64,000 nucleotides of DNA from Nitrospirota bacterium (GTDB taxonomy: Bacteria > Nitrospirota > UBA9217), in assembly GCA_963751455.1 (NCBI GenBank), contig CAVVUN010000003.1:64001-128000 (forward strand), given 5' to 3'. Below are positions 51,588 to 60,480 of this stretch, piece by piece. Within the stretch, counting starts at the first letter, position 1. Each line of letters begins with the position of its first letter. The translations under genes and the position numbers were made by a program. The notes under the pieces were generated by a model. The model was given only the letters and a program-made list of their open reading frames with translations, was not told where the DNA came from and did not search any database.

Positions 51588-51630
51588 AGCAATTTGAAAT
51601 TTACAACTTGAAATTTACAATTTACAATTC
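51588..51630. repeat. AT-rich heptamer tandem repeat
   Basis: gcaattt-gaaattt-acaactt-gaaattt-acaattt-acaattc. Confidence 0.6.
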
Positions 51631-51633
51631 GAG

Positions 51634-52302
51634 CTACTGCTCGATGACCTCCGTCCCCTTCGGTATCTTAAAGGTAAAGAACTTGTCTTCGACGCCCGTG
51701 TTCTCCCGCACTTCCTGGAACGCGATCTCCGTAATATTTCCGGATTTATCAAAAATCGTAAGCTCGGAAATTTGACCTGCCTGGTCCGAGACCAGGACAA
51801 GCTTGTTCATGGCAGCGCCCGGCTTTTTCGGAATAAGCTCGAGCTTGCGGGCCGTCTTCGGGTCAGGCTGAAGCACGTCAAAGTCGTCCCGGATATGCCC
51901 AGCACCGAGCAAGAACGCAACCGGGATATTCATGTGCTCGAAATCCGTAAAGGTCTTTTTAATCACCTGCTCGCTTTTCTTAGAATAGAAAAGCGCCTGC
52001 TTGCCGTCGATCACGATCAGTTGCCCGTTTGTGTACTCGAGCCGCAGCTTGCCCGGCTTTCTGATCCAGAGCGACGCGTCGAATTTCTGTGTTTTGTCGA
52101 TTGACTTTAAAAAATTTTTCTGGGTCACCTTCGCAGTCAGGTCCGTGACATCCTGGTAATGCTTCTCGACTGCCATGACCGCTTCATTCACGGTCTGTGC
52201 GAATACGGGCCGCGTCATCGAAAATGCGGACAAAATTATAATCAGAAACAAGCATAGCGCAGGGCGAATAAAGGTTTTGCTTTTTTGGACTCCGCACTTC
52301 AT
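51634..52302 (-). CDS. lolA: Outer-membrane lipoprotein carrier LolA
   Basis: RKPGKLRLEY, IVIDGK, FTFKIPKGTEVI, downstream of ftsK. SD GGAGG before 52302. Confidence 0.88.
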   Translation of the reverse strand: MKCGVQKSKTFIRPALCLFLIIILSAFSMTRPVFAQTVNEAVMAVEKHYQDVTDLTAKVTQKNFLKSIDKTQKFDASLWIRKPGKLRLEYTNGQLIVIDGKQALFYSKKSEQVIKKTFTDFEHMNIPVAFLLGAGHIRDDFDVLQPDPKTARKLELIPKKPGAAMNKLVLVSDQAGQISELTIFDKSGNITEIAFQEVRENTGVEDKFFTFKIPKGTEVIEQ

Positions 52303-52390
52303 TGTCAGTCCTCCCACTGCTTCTCTATCATAGATATCGTGAAGAGCTAATAAAGTCAAGCGTTTTTACCGGCAGACTGATTACTCTGTG

Positions 52391-52690
52391 CTACCGCCCG
52401 AACAAAAATTCATAACTCGCAACAGGGAATGTCACAGGAAGAATAACAGTATCCAGGATCAAGCTGAACGGCATGTCGAGGGACGGATATTGTGGAGGCG
52501 TCGCACTAAATTCTTTAAGGCTGGAGTCATTCCCCGTGATCGCGTGAAAATCCAGTCTCGTACCGCTGTAAATTTTAGGAGCATCATAACTAGCCAATGA
52601 CGGCATCGTCCGAATCGTTCCGCAGCCGTCTAATGCTGAAGCCGATATAACGATTATCCATAGAAACACTGTGCGGGTGAATCGAAGCAT
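52391..52690 (-). CDS. YceK/YidQ (DUF1375) family lipoprotein
   Basis: GCGT lipobox, YSGTRLD, DMPFSLILDTVILP. Confidence 0.85.
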   Translation of the reverse strand: MLRFTRTVFLWIIVISASALDGCGTIRTMPSLASYDAPKIYSGTRLDFHAITGNDSSLKEFSATPPQYPSLDMPFSLILDTVILPVTFPVASYEFLFGR

Positions 52691-52888
52691 ACATTCTCCG
52701 AATTGGGCTGAATCAGTTCTTATCTAGGCCACTCCACAGAATTCTGAAAGCTATTGACTCGATGCCAGGGCTTTTTATTATCGCAATATTCGGGCAATTG
52801 TTTTTTTAATGCGGTAAAACTGCTTCGCCTTTTTTCGTTCCTTCCACAAGAGCACAGGAATAATACTCGCAATCGATGCCGCTTCCGC

Positions 52889-55096
52889 TTAATCATCCAG
52901 GCTTCTGACAGTACCGTCCATGTTCTTGCGCACAAGCACTTCACGGGGTTTCGCGCCGTCAGCCGGGCCGACGATGCCGTCTTCCTGCATCATCTCGATC
53001 ATGCGGGCCGCGCGGTTGTAGCCGACCCGGAGCCTTCGCTGAAGGAACGATGTGGAGGCCTGGCCGTTCAACTGAACTAGCTCCACGGCGCGTGCATAGT
53101 GCTCGTCGCGCTCGCTGTCTTCAACCTCTGCAACCTTGGCCTCAACTATTTCCTTTGCCCGCTGCTGGAGAAGTTCATAGTTCGGTTTGCCCTGTTTTCG
53201 CACGAACTCCACGACGCGTTTGATCTCCGCTTCGGATACGTAGCACCCGTGGGCACGGACAAGGTGGGACGAACCCGGCGGCTGGAACAGCATGTCCCCC
53301 ATGCCGAGAAGGTTCTCGGCGCCGTTTGCATCGAGGATCGTGCGCGAGTCGGTCTTGGAGGAAACCTGGAACGATATTCTCGAAGGGAGGTTCGCCTTGA
53401 TCAGGCCGGTGATCACGTCCACGCTCGGCCGCTGGGTCGCAACGATCAAGTGGATGCCCGCTGCCCTGGCCATCTGCGCCAACCGCATGATCGAGTCCTC
53501 GACCTCGCGCGCCACGGTCATCATGAGGTCAGCGAGTTCGTCGATGATAACCACGATATAAGGGAGCCGCTCGGCCTCGGGCACTGCCTTGTTGTAGGAA
53601 TCGATGTTCTTGTTCCCCTTCTCGGCAAGCGTGCGGTATCTGCGCTCCATCTCCGCAACAATGGCCTTGAGCGTTTCCGCGGCTTTCTTGGGCTGGGTGA
53701 CCACAGGCGAAAGGAGATGCGGAATCCCTTCGTAGACCGACAGCTCAAGCATCTTCGGGTCGACCATCGCAAGCTTGACCTCGCTCGGCCTGGCATTGTA
53801 AAGGATAGCCAGGATGATGGAGTTAATGGCAACGCTCTTGCCTGATCCTGTCGCGCCCGCAACAAGCAGGTGGGGCATCTTGTCGATACTCGTTATCACC
53901 GACGCGCCGAAAATATCCTTGCCCAGCGGCACCTTGAGTTTCGATTTATTGGCGACATACTCAGGCGTCTCGAGGATCTGCCGGAAGTAGACCGTCTCAC
54001 GCGTGTTGTTCGGGACCTCTATGCCCACGGCTGCCTTGCCTGGAAGCGGAGCCACAATGCGCACGCTCGCCGCTTTCATGGCAAGCGCAAGATCATCGGC
54101 AAGATTCACGATCTTGCTTACTTTCACTCCCGGCGCGGGCTCGAACTCGAACATGGTGACGACCGGGCCGGGATACACCTGCGTTATCCGGCCCTGGATG
54201 TCGAAGTCCTGAAGCTTTCTTGCAAGAAGCTCGGACTGGGCAAACATGTCTTCTTTTGAAATCTTTTTCACGACAGGCGGTATGGGATCGAGCAGCTCTG
54301 CGGACGGAAGCTGGTACGCATCCTTGCCGTCCTTGCCGCCTTTCGTTTCCATGAAGTCGAATGTGGCCTGGACCTGTTTCGGTTTCGGCTGCTTCTCGGG
54401 CTTCAGCTCTTTCGCGGCCGCCGGCTGCTTCTGTGTGTCAACAATCTTCGGCGGCTCCTTCGGAAGCACAGGCCTTTGTTTCGCCTCCCGCGCCTTTTCC
54501 CTGCGGCCGCGGTAAATGGTGATGAGCATGCCAAACTGCTCCGACAGGCTTCCGTAAACTTCACGAAACCATGCAATGGCCTTGAGGGGAGAAAACGGCG
54601 TAAGCAGCATGAGAGAAACGGCAACAGCCGTGATCGTGATAATATACGCGCCGGTATCGGAGAATCCCGTGAGCAGAAGATAGGAAATAGCGCCGCCCAG
54701 CATGCCGCCTGACGGAATTTCTTCCTCGAAGAGGCGCACGGTCGTTGACTGGAGTCCGAAAAACGCTGCAGTGGAGAAAAAAAGTATGATGCCGCCGATC
54801 TTCTTCAGATGCGGGTGCACTGCCTCTCTGCCAAGGGCAAGGAAAACGGAGTACCCGAACAGGAAGAACGGCATGCAGTAAGCAGACAGGCCGAAGAGGC
54901 GCAGGAGCGCGTCGGAAAGATAGGCGCCGATAATGCCGATATGGTTCGCGATGCGGACGCCGTTTCCCGCGACGCTGAAGCAAGGGTCTGCCGGACTGTA
55001 CGAGACGAGGCTCAGAACAATCAAAAGCCCTGCCGCAAACAGAAGCAGCGCAACCATCTCGTTCCAGTGTTTATGTTTTTCAGCCGGTGCAGCCAT
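52889..55096 (-). CDS. ftsK: DNA translocase FtsK
   Basis: N-terminal TMs, GPVVTMFE, GATGSGKS, IDELADLMM, ATQRPS, gamma domain LQRRLRVGYNRAAR. Confidence 0.96.
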   Translation of the reverse strand: MAAPAEKHKHWNEMVALLLFAAGLLIVLSLVSYSPADPCFSVAGNGVRIANHIGIIGAYLSDALLRLFGLSAYCMPFFLFGYSVFLALGREAVHPHLKKIGGIILFFSTAAFFGLQSTTVRLFEEEIPSGGMLGGAISYLLLTGFSDTGAYIITITAVAVSLMLLTPFSPLKAIAWFREVYGSLSEQFGMLITIYRGRREKAREAKQRPVLPKEPPKIVDTQKQPAAAKELKPEKQPKPKQVQATFDFMETKGGKDGKDAYQLPSAELLDPIPPVVKKISKEDMFAQSELLARKLQDFDIQGRITQVYPGPVVTMFEFEPAPGVKVSKIVNLADDLALAMKAASVRIVAPLPGKAAVGIEVPNNTRETVYFRQILETPEYVANKSKLKVPLGKDIFGASVITSIDKMPHLLVAGATGSGKSVAINSIILAILYNARPSEVKLAMVDPKMLELSVYEGIPHLLSPVVTQPKKAAETLKAIVAEMERRYRTLAEKGNKNIDSYNKAVPEAERLPYIVVIIDELADLMMTVAREVEDSIMRLAQMARAAGIHLIVATQRPSVDVITGLIKANLPSRISFQVSSKTDSRTILDANGAENLLGMGDMLFQPPGSSHLVRAHGCYVSEAEIKRVVEFVRKQGKPNYELLQQRAKEIVEAKVAEVEDSERDEHYARAVELVQLNGQASTSFLQRRLRVGYNRAARMIEMMQEDGIVGPADGAKPREVLVRKNMDGTVRSLDD

Positions 55097-55097
55097 A

Positions 55098-55913
55098 TCA
55101 GAAACTCCACCCCCTCTGCCAGTAGAACGCAAGCACGAGCAGGCCGAATGCAATCCGGTAATACGCGAACCATGAAAAATCGTGACGTGATACGTACCCG
55201 AGGAATGCCTTAATCACGATCAGCGCCGAAAAGAACGAGGTCACAAATCCCACAAAAAAAAGCGGGATGTCCGAAGATGAAAGCGAGTGCAGGCTCTTAA
55301 GAAAATCGTATGCGGTCGCCGCAAACATTGTGGGAATCGAGAGGAAAAAGGAGAACTCAACCGCAACTCGCCTGTCGAAGCCCATTAAAAGGCCGCCCAT
55401 GATCGTGGCTCCCGAACGCGAAACACCGGGGAAGAGCGAAAGACACTGCGCGATTCCCGTTCCCAGTGCCTGTTTCGCGCTGACGCCTTCGACGTCCTTC
55501 ACGGATACGCGATGATGCATTCTTTCTATCAGCAGAATGGCCACCCCGCCCGCAATGAGCGCGCCTGCAACCGTGACGGGATTGAACAAATACGCCTTTA
55601 TGTACTTGTGGATCAGCAGGCCGAAAACCGCCGCTGGGAAGAATGCGATCATGACATTCACAACGAGCGAGCGCGCCTCTCTGCTGCCCGGAAGCCCCTT
55701 GATTGTTTCACCAAGCTTCGCGCGGTAAAGCCATACGACCGAAAGGATCGCGCCCAGCTGAATAAACACCTCAAAGACCTTTGCCTTCTCGTCGCTGAAC
55801 CCGAGCAGGTCGCCGGCAAGAATCAGGTGCCCTGTCGAGGATACAGGGATGAACTCGGTGATACCTTCCACGATCCCGAGAAAGAGAGCTTTAATCAGAA
55901 GAATTAAATCCAT
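55098..55913 (-). CDS. uppP: Undecaprenyl-diphosphate phosphatase
   Basis: EGITEFIPVSSTGH, IQLGAI, PGVSRSGAT, FAYYRI. Confidence 0.96.
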   Translation of the reverse strand: MDLILLIKALFLGIVEGITEFIPVSSTGHLILAGDLLGFSDEKAKVFEVFIQLGAILSVVWLYRAKLGETIKGLPGSREARSLVVNVMIAFFPAAVFGLLIHKYIKAYLFNPVTVAGALIAGGVAILLIERMHHRVSVKDVEGVSAKQALGTGIAQCLSLFPGVSRSGATIMGGLLMGFDRRVAVEFSFFLSIPTMFAATAYDFLKSLHSLSSSDIPLFFVGFVTSFFSALIVIKAFLGYVSRHDFSWFAYYRIAFGLLVLAFYWQRGWSF

Positions 55914-56032
55914 AAATCCTTACCTTATATAAACGAGAAAAGTTTTTCGCCACAGAGGTCACCGAGAACACAGAGAAAAGCTTCGGTTATGAAACGTCAA
56001 ATGTGAGCTGGCTAACGTTAGCGCCTGTCAGT

Positions 56033-56112
56033 TTCATTCCGCAATCCGCCTGCGCCCCAGCGCTTACGAGTGCAGAGCGCGAGTGCAGGGGTGAAATCCA
56101 CATTCCGCAATG
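56033..56112. repeat. GCCTGC..GTGCAGG element (copy 2) embedded in ATTCCGC/AATCCGC heptamers
   Basis: cattccgcaatcc[gcctgcgccccagcgcttacgagtgcagagcgcgagtgcaggg]..aatccacattccgcaat. Confidence 0.55.
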
Positions 56113-56114
56113 CG

Positions 56115-56573
56115 TCATCTGTGTCCGAACCATACCCCTGCCGCGACGCCGGAATAGCTTACCGTCAACAGGAACCAGTGCATTGCATTTATCATCCTGA
56201 GCGCCTTGTCCATATCGATCTTCTCCGGGTCTGCGAAGATTCTGGCGAATATCTTTCGCTCCGAAAGGAGGACCGCGGTATAAAGCCCCCATGCAACAAG
56301 CATGATCAGGATGCCTATCCCCCGCTTCTGGAGCAGAATGTCAAAACCGTATTTTGAATAAAGAATAGAGAAGCCGCTCAGGCCTACTATGGCCAGGAGC
56401 CACTTGACCATGCGCACGAACCGGTGCTCCACACCCTGGAACAGGAGAGCCTTTTCGAGTGATCCTTCTGTTCGGTACATCAAAGGGAAGATAACGGTAG
56501 TTACGAAAGTAACGCCGCCGATCCAGATGATGACTCCGGCGACGTGAATGATGAGAAGGAGGGTAAAAAACAT
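56115..56573 (-). CDS. Four-TM membrane protein (CopD/DUF2269-like)
   Basis: IHVAGVIIWIGG first helix and four hydrophobic segments. Confidence 0.7.
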   Translation of the reverse strand: MFFTLLLIIHVAGVIIWIGGVTFVTTVIFPLMYRTEGSLEKALLFQGVEHRFVRMVKWLLAIVGLSGFSILYSKYGFDILLQKRGIGILIMLVAWGLYTAVLLSERKIFARIFADPEKIDMDKALRMINAMHWFLLTVSYSGVAAGVWFGHR

Positions 56574-56635
56574 ATGTAAGCATTATTTCACAAAGCCTTC
56601 AGGATTTCAAGCCATTAATATTTGGCGTTCCGTAA

Positions 56636-56664
56636 TTGACTATTGAACAGCCTGCTTTTATAAT
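56636..56664 (+). promoter_or_regulatory. Sigma70 promoter of the lipid kinase gene
   Basis: TTGACT-17 nt-TATAAT, ending 11 nt before the ATG. Confidence 0.7.
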
Positions 56665-56675
56665 GAAGCAATTGT

Positions 56676-57590
56676 ATGCCCCTTTCTCGTTCGCCAAAAT
56701 ACAAGCTTATCGCAAACCCGGCTGCCGGCCGCGGAAGGTCGTCATCCATTATCTCCCGCATCACCGATAATTTTCAAAAAAGAGGCGCTGCGTTCGACCT
56801 TGAATTCACCCGGTCCGCAAAAGATGCAGCGAACATCGCCCGCAGATCGCTGGCCGGGTTCGACGTTATCATTGCCGTGGGCGGCGACGGCACCATCAAC
56901 GAAATTGTGCCCGCAATGCTCGAGTCTTCACGGCCGCTCGGGATCCTTCCCACGGGTTCCGGCAATGATTTTATCAAATCTCTGGGCATACCGAATAATA
57001 TTGAAAAAGCTGTCGATATCCTGTTCAGGGGAAAGACCAGCCGGATCGACGTGGGCCGGATCAACGGCCAATACTTTGCGAACGGCGTCGGAATCGGGTT
57101 CGACGCTGCCGTAAACCGGGCAAGCTACACGATCAATCATTCAAAGCGCGGACTTGCCCTGTACTTTCGCGCGTTGCTCAAGACCCTCGGAAAATTCAAG
57201 CCTGTGCCGATGAAAATAACTCTGAACGGAAAAACACTTCATGAAGAAATTTTTCTTCTGACCGTGGGCAACGGCACGACCGTGGGCGGAGGATTCAAGC
57301 TCACACCCCATGCCCGGATCGATGATGGGCTTCTCGATGTGACCCTCGTGAAACCGCTCGGAATTCCCCGGCTGCTCTGGCACCTCCCGAAGGTGTTTCT
57401 GGGAACGATCGACAGAGTAAAAAAATATGCGACGATGTTCAGGACCGAGAAGCTGCTTATCGAAGCCGAAGGACCCGTTCCTGTGCATATGGACGGCGAG
57501 ATTTTCGAGGAGAGCGGAAACCGGTTCGAGATTGAGATAGTGCCGAAGGCTCTTATGGTAATCGGCAATTTTACGACAGATAATCCTTAA
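56676..57590 (+). CDS. Diacylglycerol/lipid kinase family (YegS/DagK-like)
   Basis: NPAAG, GGDGTINE, PTGSGNDF, GIGFDA, DGE. Confidence 0.92.
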   Translation: MPLSRSPKYKLIANPAAGRGRSSSIISRITDNFQKRGAAFDLEFTRSAKDAANIARRSLAGFDVIIAVGGDGTINEIVPAMLESSRPLGILPTGSGNDFIKSLGIPNNIEKAVDILFRGKTSRIDVGRINGQYFANGVGIGFDAAVNRASYTINHSKRGLALYFRALLKTLGKFKPVPMKITLNGKTLHEEIFLLTVGNGTTVGGGFKLTPHARIDDGLLDVTLVKPLGIPRLLWHLPKVFLGTIDRVKKYATMFRTEKLLIEAEGPVPVHMDGEIFEESGNRFEIEIVPKALMVIGNFTTDNP

Positions 57591-57748
57591 AAGAGCTGTG
57601 GGACATGGATAAAATCTGATTAACACGGATTTATCTAAACTTACAAGCTTTATGAGATTCACTCAAAAGGTGTTTTTTTTGTTCTGTGGCATTGTTTTAT
57701 ATCCGCTGTTTCCGTATTTATCCATGTCCGAAGGCCGTTTTTAGACAT
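57582..57748. mobile_element. MITE-like element, copy C (inverted relative to copy B)
   Basis: Reverse complement aligns with 26910-27077 (cggaaacagcggat, ttttg.gtgaatc, taaatccgtgtt.atcagattttatcc). Its end provides the kinase stop codon. Confidence 0.65.
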
Positions 57749-58083
57749 AATACGTGATTACCCTTCCCTCATTTTTTTCTCGTGATCTTCGTTACTATCC
57801 GCATTTGCAGCAGTAATTTAACTTATTATTTTTTCCGTTGTCCTCAAATCTCCATCCCGGGCAATTCCACGGTATACACAGTGTCGAAATTTTTACGCTT
57901 CGAGCTCCCCAATGAATTGTTTCCGACTTATTTAACTTGATTAATAAGCAACAAAAATAAATATGCTTGCTTTAACAAGAACTTCGCCTTCTAAATAAGA
58001 ATACGCGTGTGAGGTACTGATATTGCATTACTTTAGCCAGAACGATTCGAGCATGGTCCTGACAGCTCCGGCGAGGTTGGAAC

Positions 58084-60189
58084 ATGGGGGATACAAAAAG
58101 AGCAGTTCTGCTGATCGGATACGACAAAGCCGCCTCAACGCGAGAGATAATGGCGATGCTTGACGGTATGTTCACGGTAATGCAGGCAGATACCGTTGAT
58201 GACGCGGTGCTGCGGTTTGATAAACAACAGATATCTGCGCTCATCGTCGACATGGAGGCTGCAGGCAACGAGCAGGAAATTTTTCAGATAATTGAGAAGG
58301 GGTTCAAATCGATACCGGTGGTTGTGCTTTCAGATGAGAGCAATGAGGACCGCAGGACATCTGCGCTAAAATCAGGGGCATGCGATTATCTCGTAAAAGG
58401 CCGGTTAAATTCCGACCTGCTTCATCGCTCGCTTCTCTATGCTGCTGACCGCAGCCTGCTGGACAAGGCCCTCTCTCAAAGCCGGCGAAGATACAGACAG
58501 CTCCTGAATTCCGTGACGGATTATGTCTATACTGTACAGGTTGAGCACGGCAAGGCCGTTGGGACAACGCATGGTCCCGGCTGCGTCGCCCTTACAGGCT
58601 ATACATGCGATGAATATGCGGCCGACCCTCACTTGTGGTATCGCATGGTCCATGAGGATGACCGGCAGAGCGTGATGCAGCAGGCAGCCGATGTGCTTTC
58701 CGGGAAGGCGGTTGAACCCATTGAGCACAGGATCGTCCATAAGGACGGCAGATTACGATGGATTAAAAACACCGCAGTTCCGAACTGCGATGAATCAGGA
58801 CGGCTTGTATCGTACGATGGGCTGGCATCCGACATCACCGACCGCAAACTTGCGGAGCACAAACTCAGGCATGCCGCGTCGTATGACAGCCTGACGCATT
58901 TACCAAACCGGGAATTGTTCCGTGACCGGCTGCGCCAGGCACTCATTCAGGCCCACCGGCACAACACGCTGCTTTCAGTCATGTTCCTTGACCTTGACCG
59001 CTTTCAGGGCATCAATGACATGCTCGGCCATACCAGGGGCGATCAGGTCCTCAAGGACGTGGCCGACCGGCTGGCTGACTGCATCCGCAAGGGCGACACG
59101 ATCGCCCGCGTAGGGGGAGACGAATTCATCGTGTTGTGCACCGACATGGCGGACGCAAGAAACGCTGCAACACTCGCAAAAAAAATCCAGAACTCACTCT
59201 CCGAAATATTTATGGTTGACGGGCATGAATTTTTTATTACCGCAAGCATCGGTATCAGCATATTCCCGCAGGATGGCGACGACAGCGACACGCTGATCAA
59301 AAATGCCGATGCGGCCATGTACCAGGCCAGGTCGCAGGGAAGTAATTCCTGCCAATTTTATTCCTCAGCGATGAATGCGGAAACCCTCAAAAAACTGATA
59401 CTCGAAACCGACCTGCGAAAGGCTCTGGACCGGGAGGAATTCGTTCTCTACTATCAGCCGCTGATCGAGCTTTCGAGCGGCCGGATTACGGGCGCAGAGG
59501 CGTTGGTCCGCTGGCAACATCCCCGCTACGGCCTGCTGCAGCCGAACGAATTCATTTCCGTGGCCGAGGAAACAGGGCTTATCATCCCGATCGGGGACTG
59601 GACGCTCCGGACAGTCTGCAGCCAGGCCAGGGAATGGCAGAGGGACGACTTTTCAAACCGGCTGCGTCTGTCGGTAAATCTGTCGATGAGGCAATTCAGG
59701 AACAATGCCCTGATGGAAACGGTATTTCATGCACTGGAAGCATCTGATCTCGATCCACGGAATCTCGAACTCGAACTGACGGAAAGCACGATCATGCAGA
59801 ACGCCGAACAAACCATAGCTACGCTGCACCGGTTCAAATCAACCGGCATACAAATAGCGCTCGATGATTTCGGTACGGGGTATTCTTCATTAAGCTATCT
59901 GATAAACCTTCCCCTGAACAAGCTGAAGCTCGACCGGTCTTTCATAAGCGCTTTGTCAAAAGACAAGTCCAACGAGGCGATTTCAAAAGCGATCATCACG
60001 CTGGCGCACAACCTGGACTTGAAAGTGGTGGCGGAAGGGGTCGAAACAATCGAGCAGCTCGAATTGCTGCGTTTGCTGAAATGCGATGAAGTTCAGGGCT
60101 ATCTTTTCTGCAGGCCTGTGCCCCACGAGGAAATAACCAGGCTTTTACGGGAGGACGCGATTGGAACAGCTGACTTCTGCGCGGCATGA
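58084..60189 (+). CDS. REC-PAS-GGDEF-EAL diguanylate cyclase/phosphodiesterase
   Basis: Degenerate REC, PAS_3, I-site RKGD plus GGDEF, EAL, DDFGTGYSS, EGVE. Confidence 0.93.
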   Translation: MGDTKRAVLLIGYDKAASTREIMAMLDGMFTVMQADTVDDAVLRFDKQQISALIVDMEAAGNEQEIFQIIEKGFKSIPVVVLSDESNEDRRTSALKSGACDYLVKGRLNSDLLHRSLLYAADRSLLDKALSQSRRRYRQLLNSVTDYVYTVQVEHGKAVGTTHGPGCVALTGYTCDEYAADPHLWYRMVHEDDRQSVMQQAADVLSGKAVEPIEHRIVHKDGRLRWIKNTAVPNCDESGRLVSYDGLASDITDRKLAEHKLRHAASYDSLTHLPNRELFRDRLRQALIQAHRHNTLLSVMFLDLDRFQGINDMLGHTRGDQVLKDVADRLADCIRKGDTIARVGGDEFIVLCTDMADARNAATLAKKIQNSLSEIFMVDGHEFFITASIGISIFPQDGDDSDTLIKNADAAMYQARSQGSNSCQFYSSAMNAETLKKLILETDLRKALDREEFVLYYQPLIELSSGRITGAEALVRWQHPRYGLLQPNEFISVAEETGLIIPIGDWTLRTVCSQAREWQRDDFSNRLRLSVNLSMRQFRNNALMETVFHALEASDLDPRNLELELTESTIMQNAEQTIATLHRFKSTGIQIALDDFGTGYSSLSYLINLPLNKLKLDRSFISALSKDKSNEAISKAIITLAHNLDLKVVAEGVETIEQLELLRLLKCDEVQGYLFCRPVPHEEITRLLREDAIGTADFCAA

Positions 60190-60195
60190 TGCATG

Positions 60196-60266
60196 CGCAG
60201 GCTAAAGCGACTCGACTGAGCTCGTCGAAGTCTCGCGCCGAGGTCTCGCCGAAGTCCTGCGGCTAC
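60196..60266. repeat. GTAG-type REP interrupted by two tandem 24-bp units
   Basis: cgcaggctaaagc [gactcgactgagctcgtcgaagtc][tcgcgccgaggtctcgccgaagtc] ctgcggctac. Confidence 0.6.
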
Positions 60267-60386
60267 CAAAACGTATAATATAAAATGCATCAAATCATGG
60301 CCAAAGGCCATACCACAAATTTAAAATTTCCACCCTGCACTCGTTTATGGCCGCGTTTTCGCAAGAGCGGGCTACGCTCATGCACA

Positions 60387-60452
60387 GCCTGCACTCGCGC
60401 TAAATCGCACTTATAAACACTGGCCGCAGGCTCGTAATCGCCGGGTGCAAGC
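60387..60452. repeat. GCCTGCAC..GTGCA element, copy 3
   Basis: Reverse complement gcttgcacccggcgattacgag...agcgcgagtgcaggc matches 56048-56090. Confidence 0.55.
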
Positions 60453-60480
60453 AATTTGCAATCTGCAATTCTTTTCAGTT

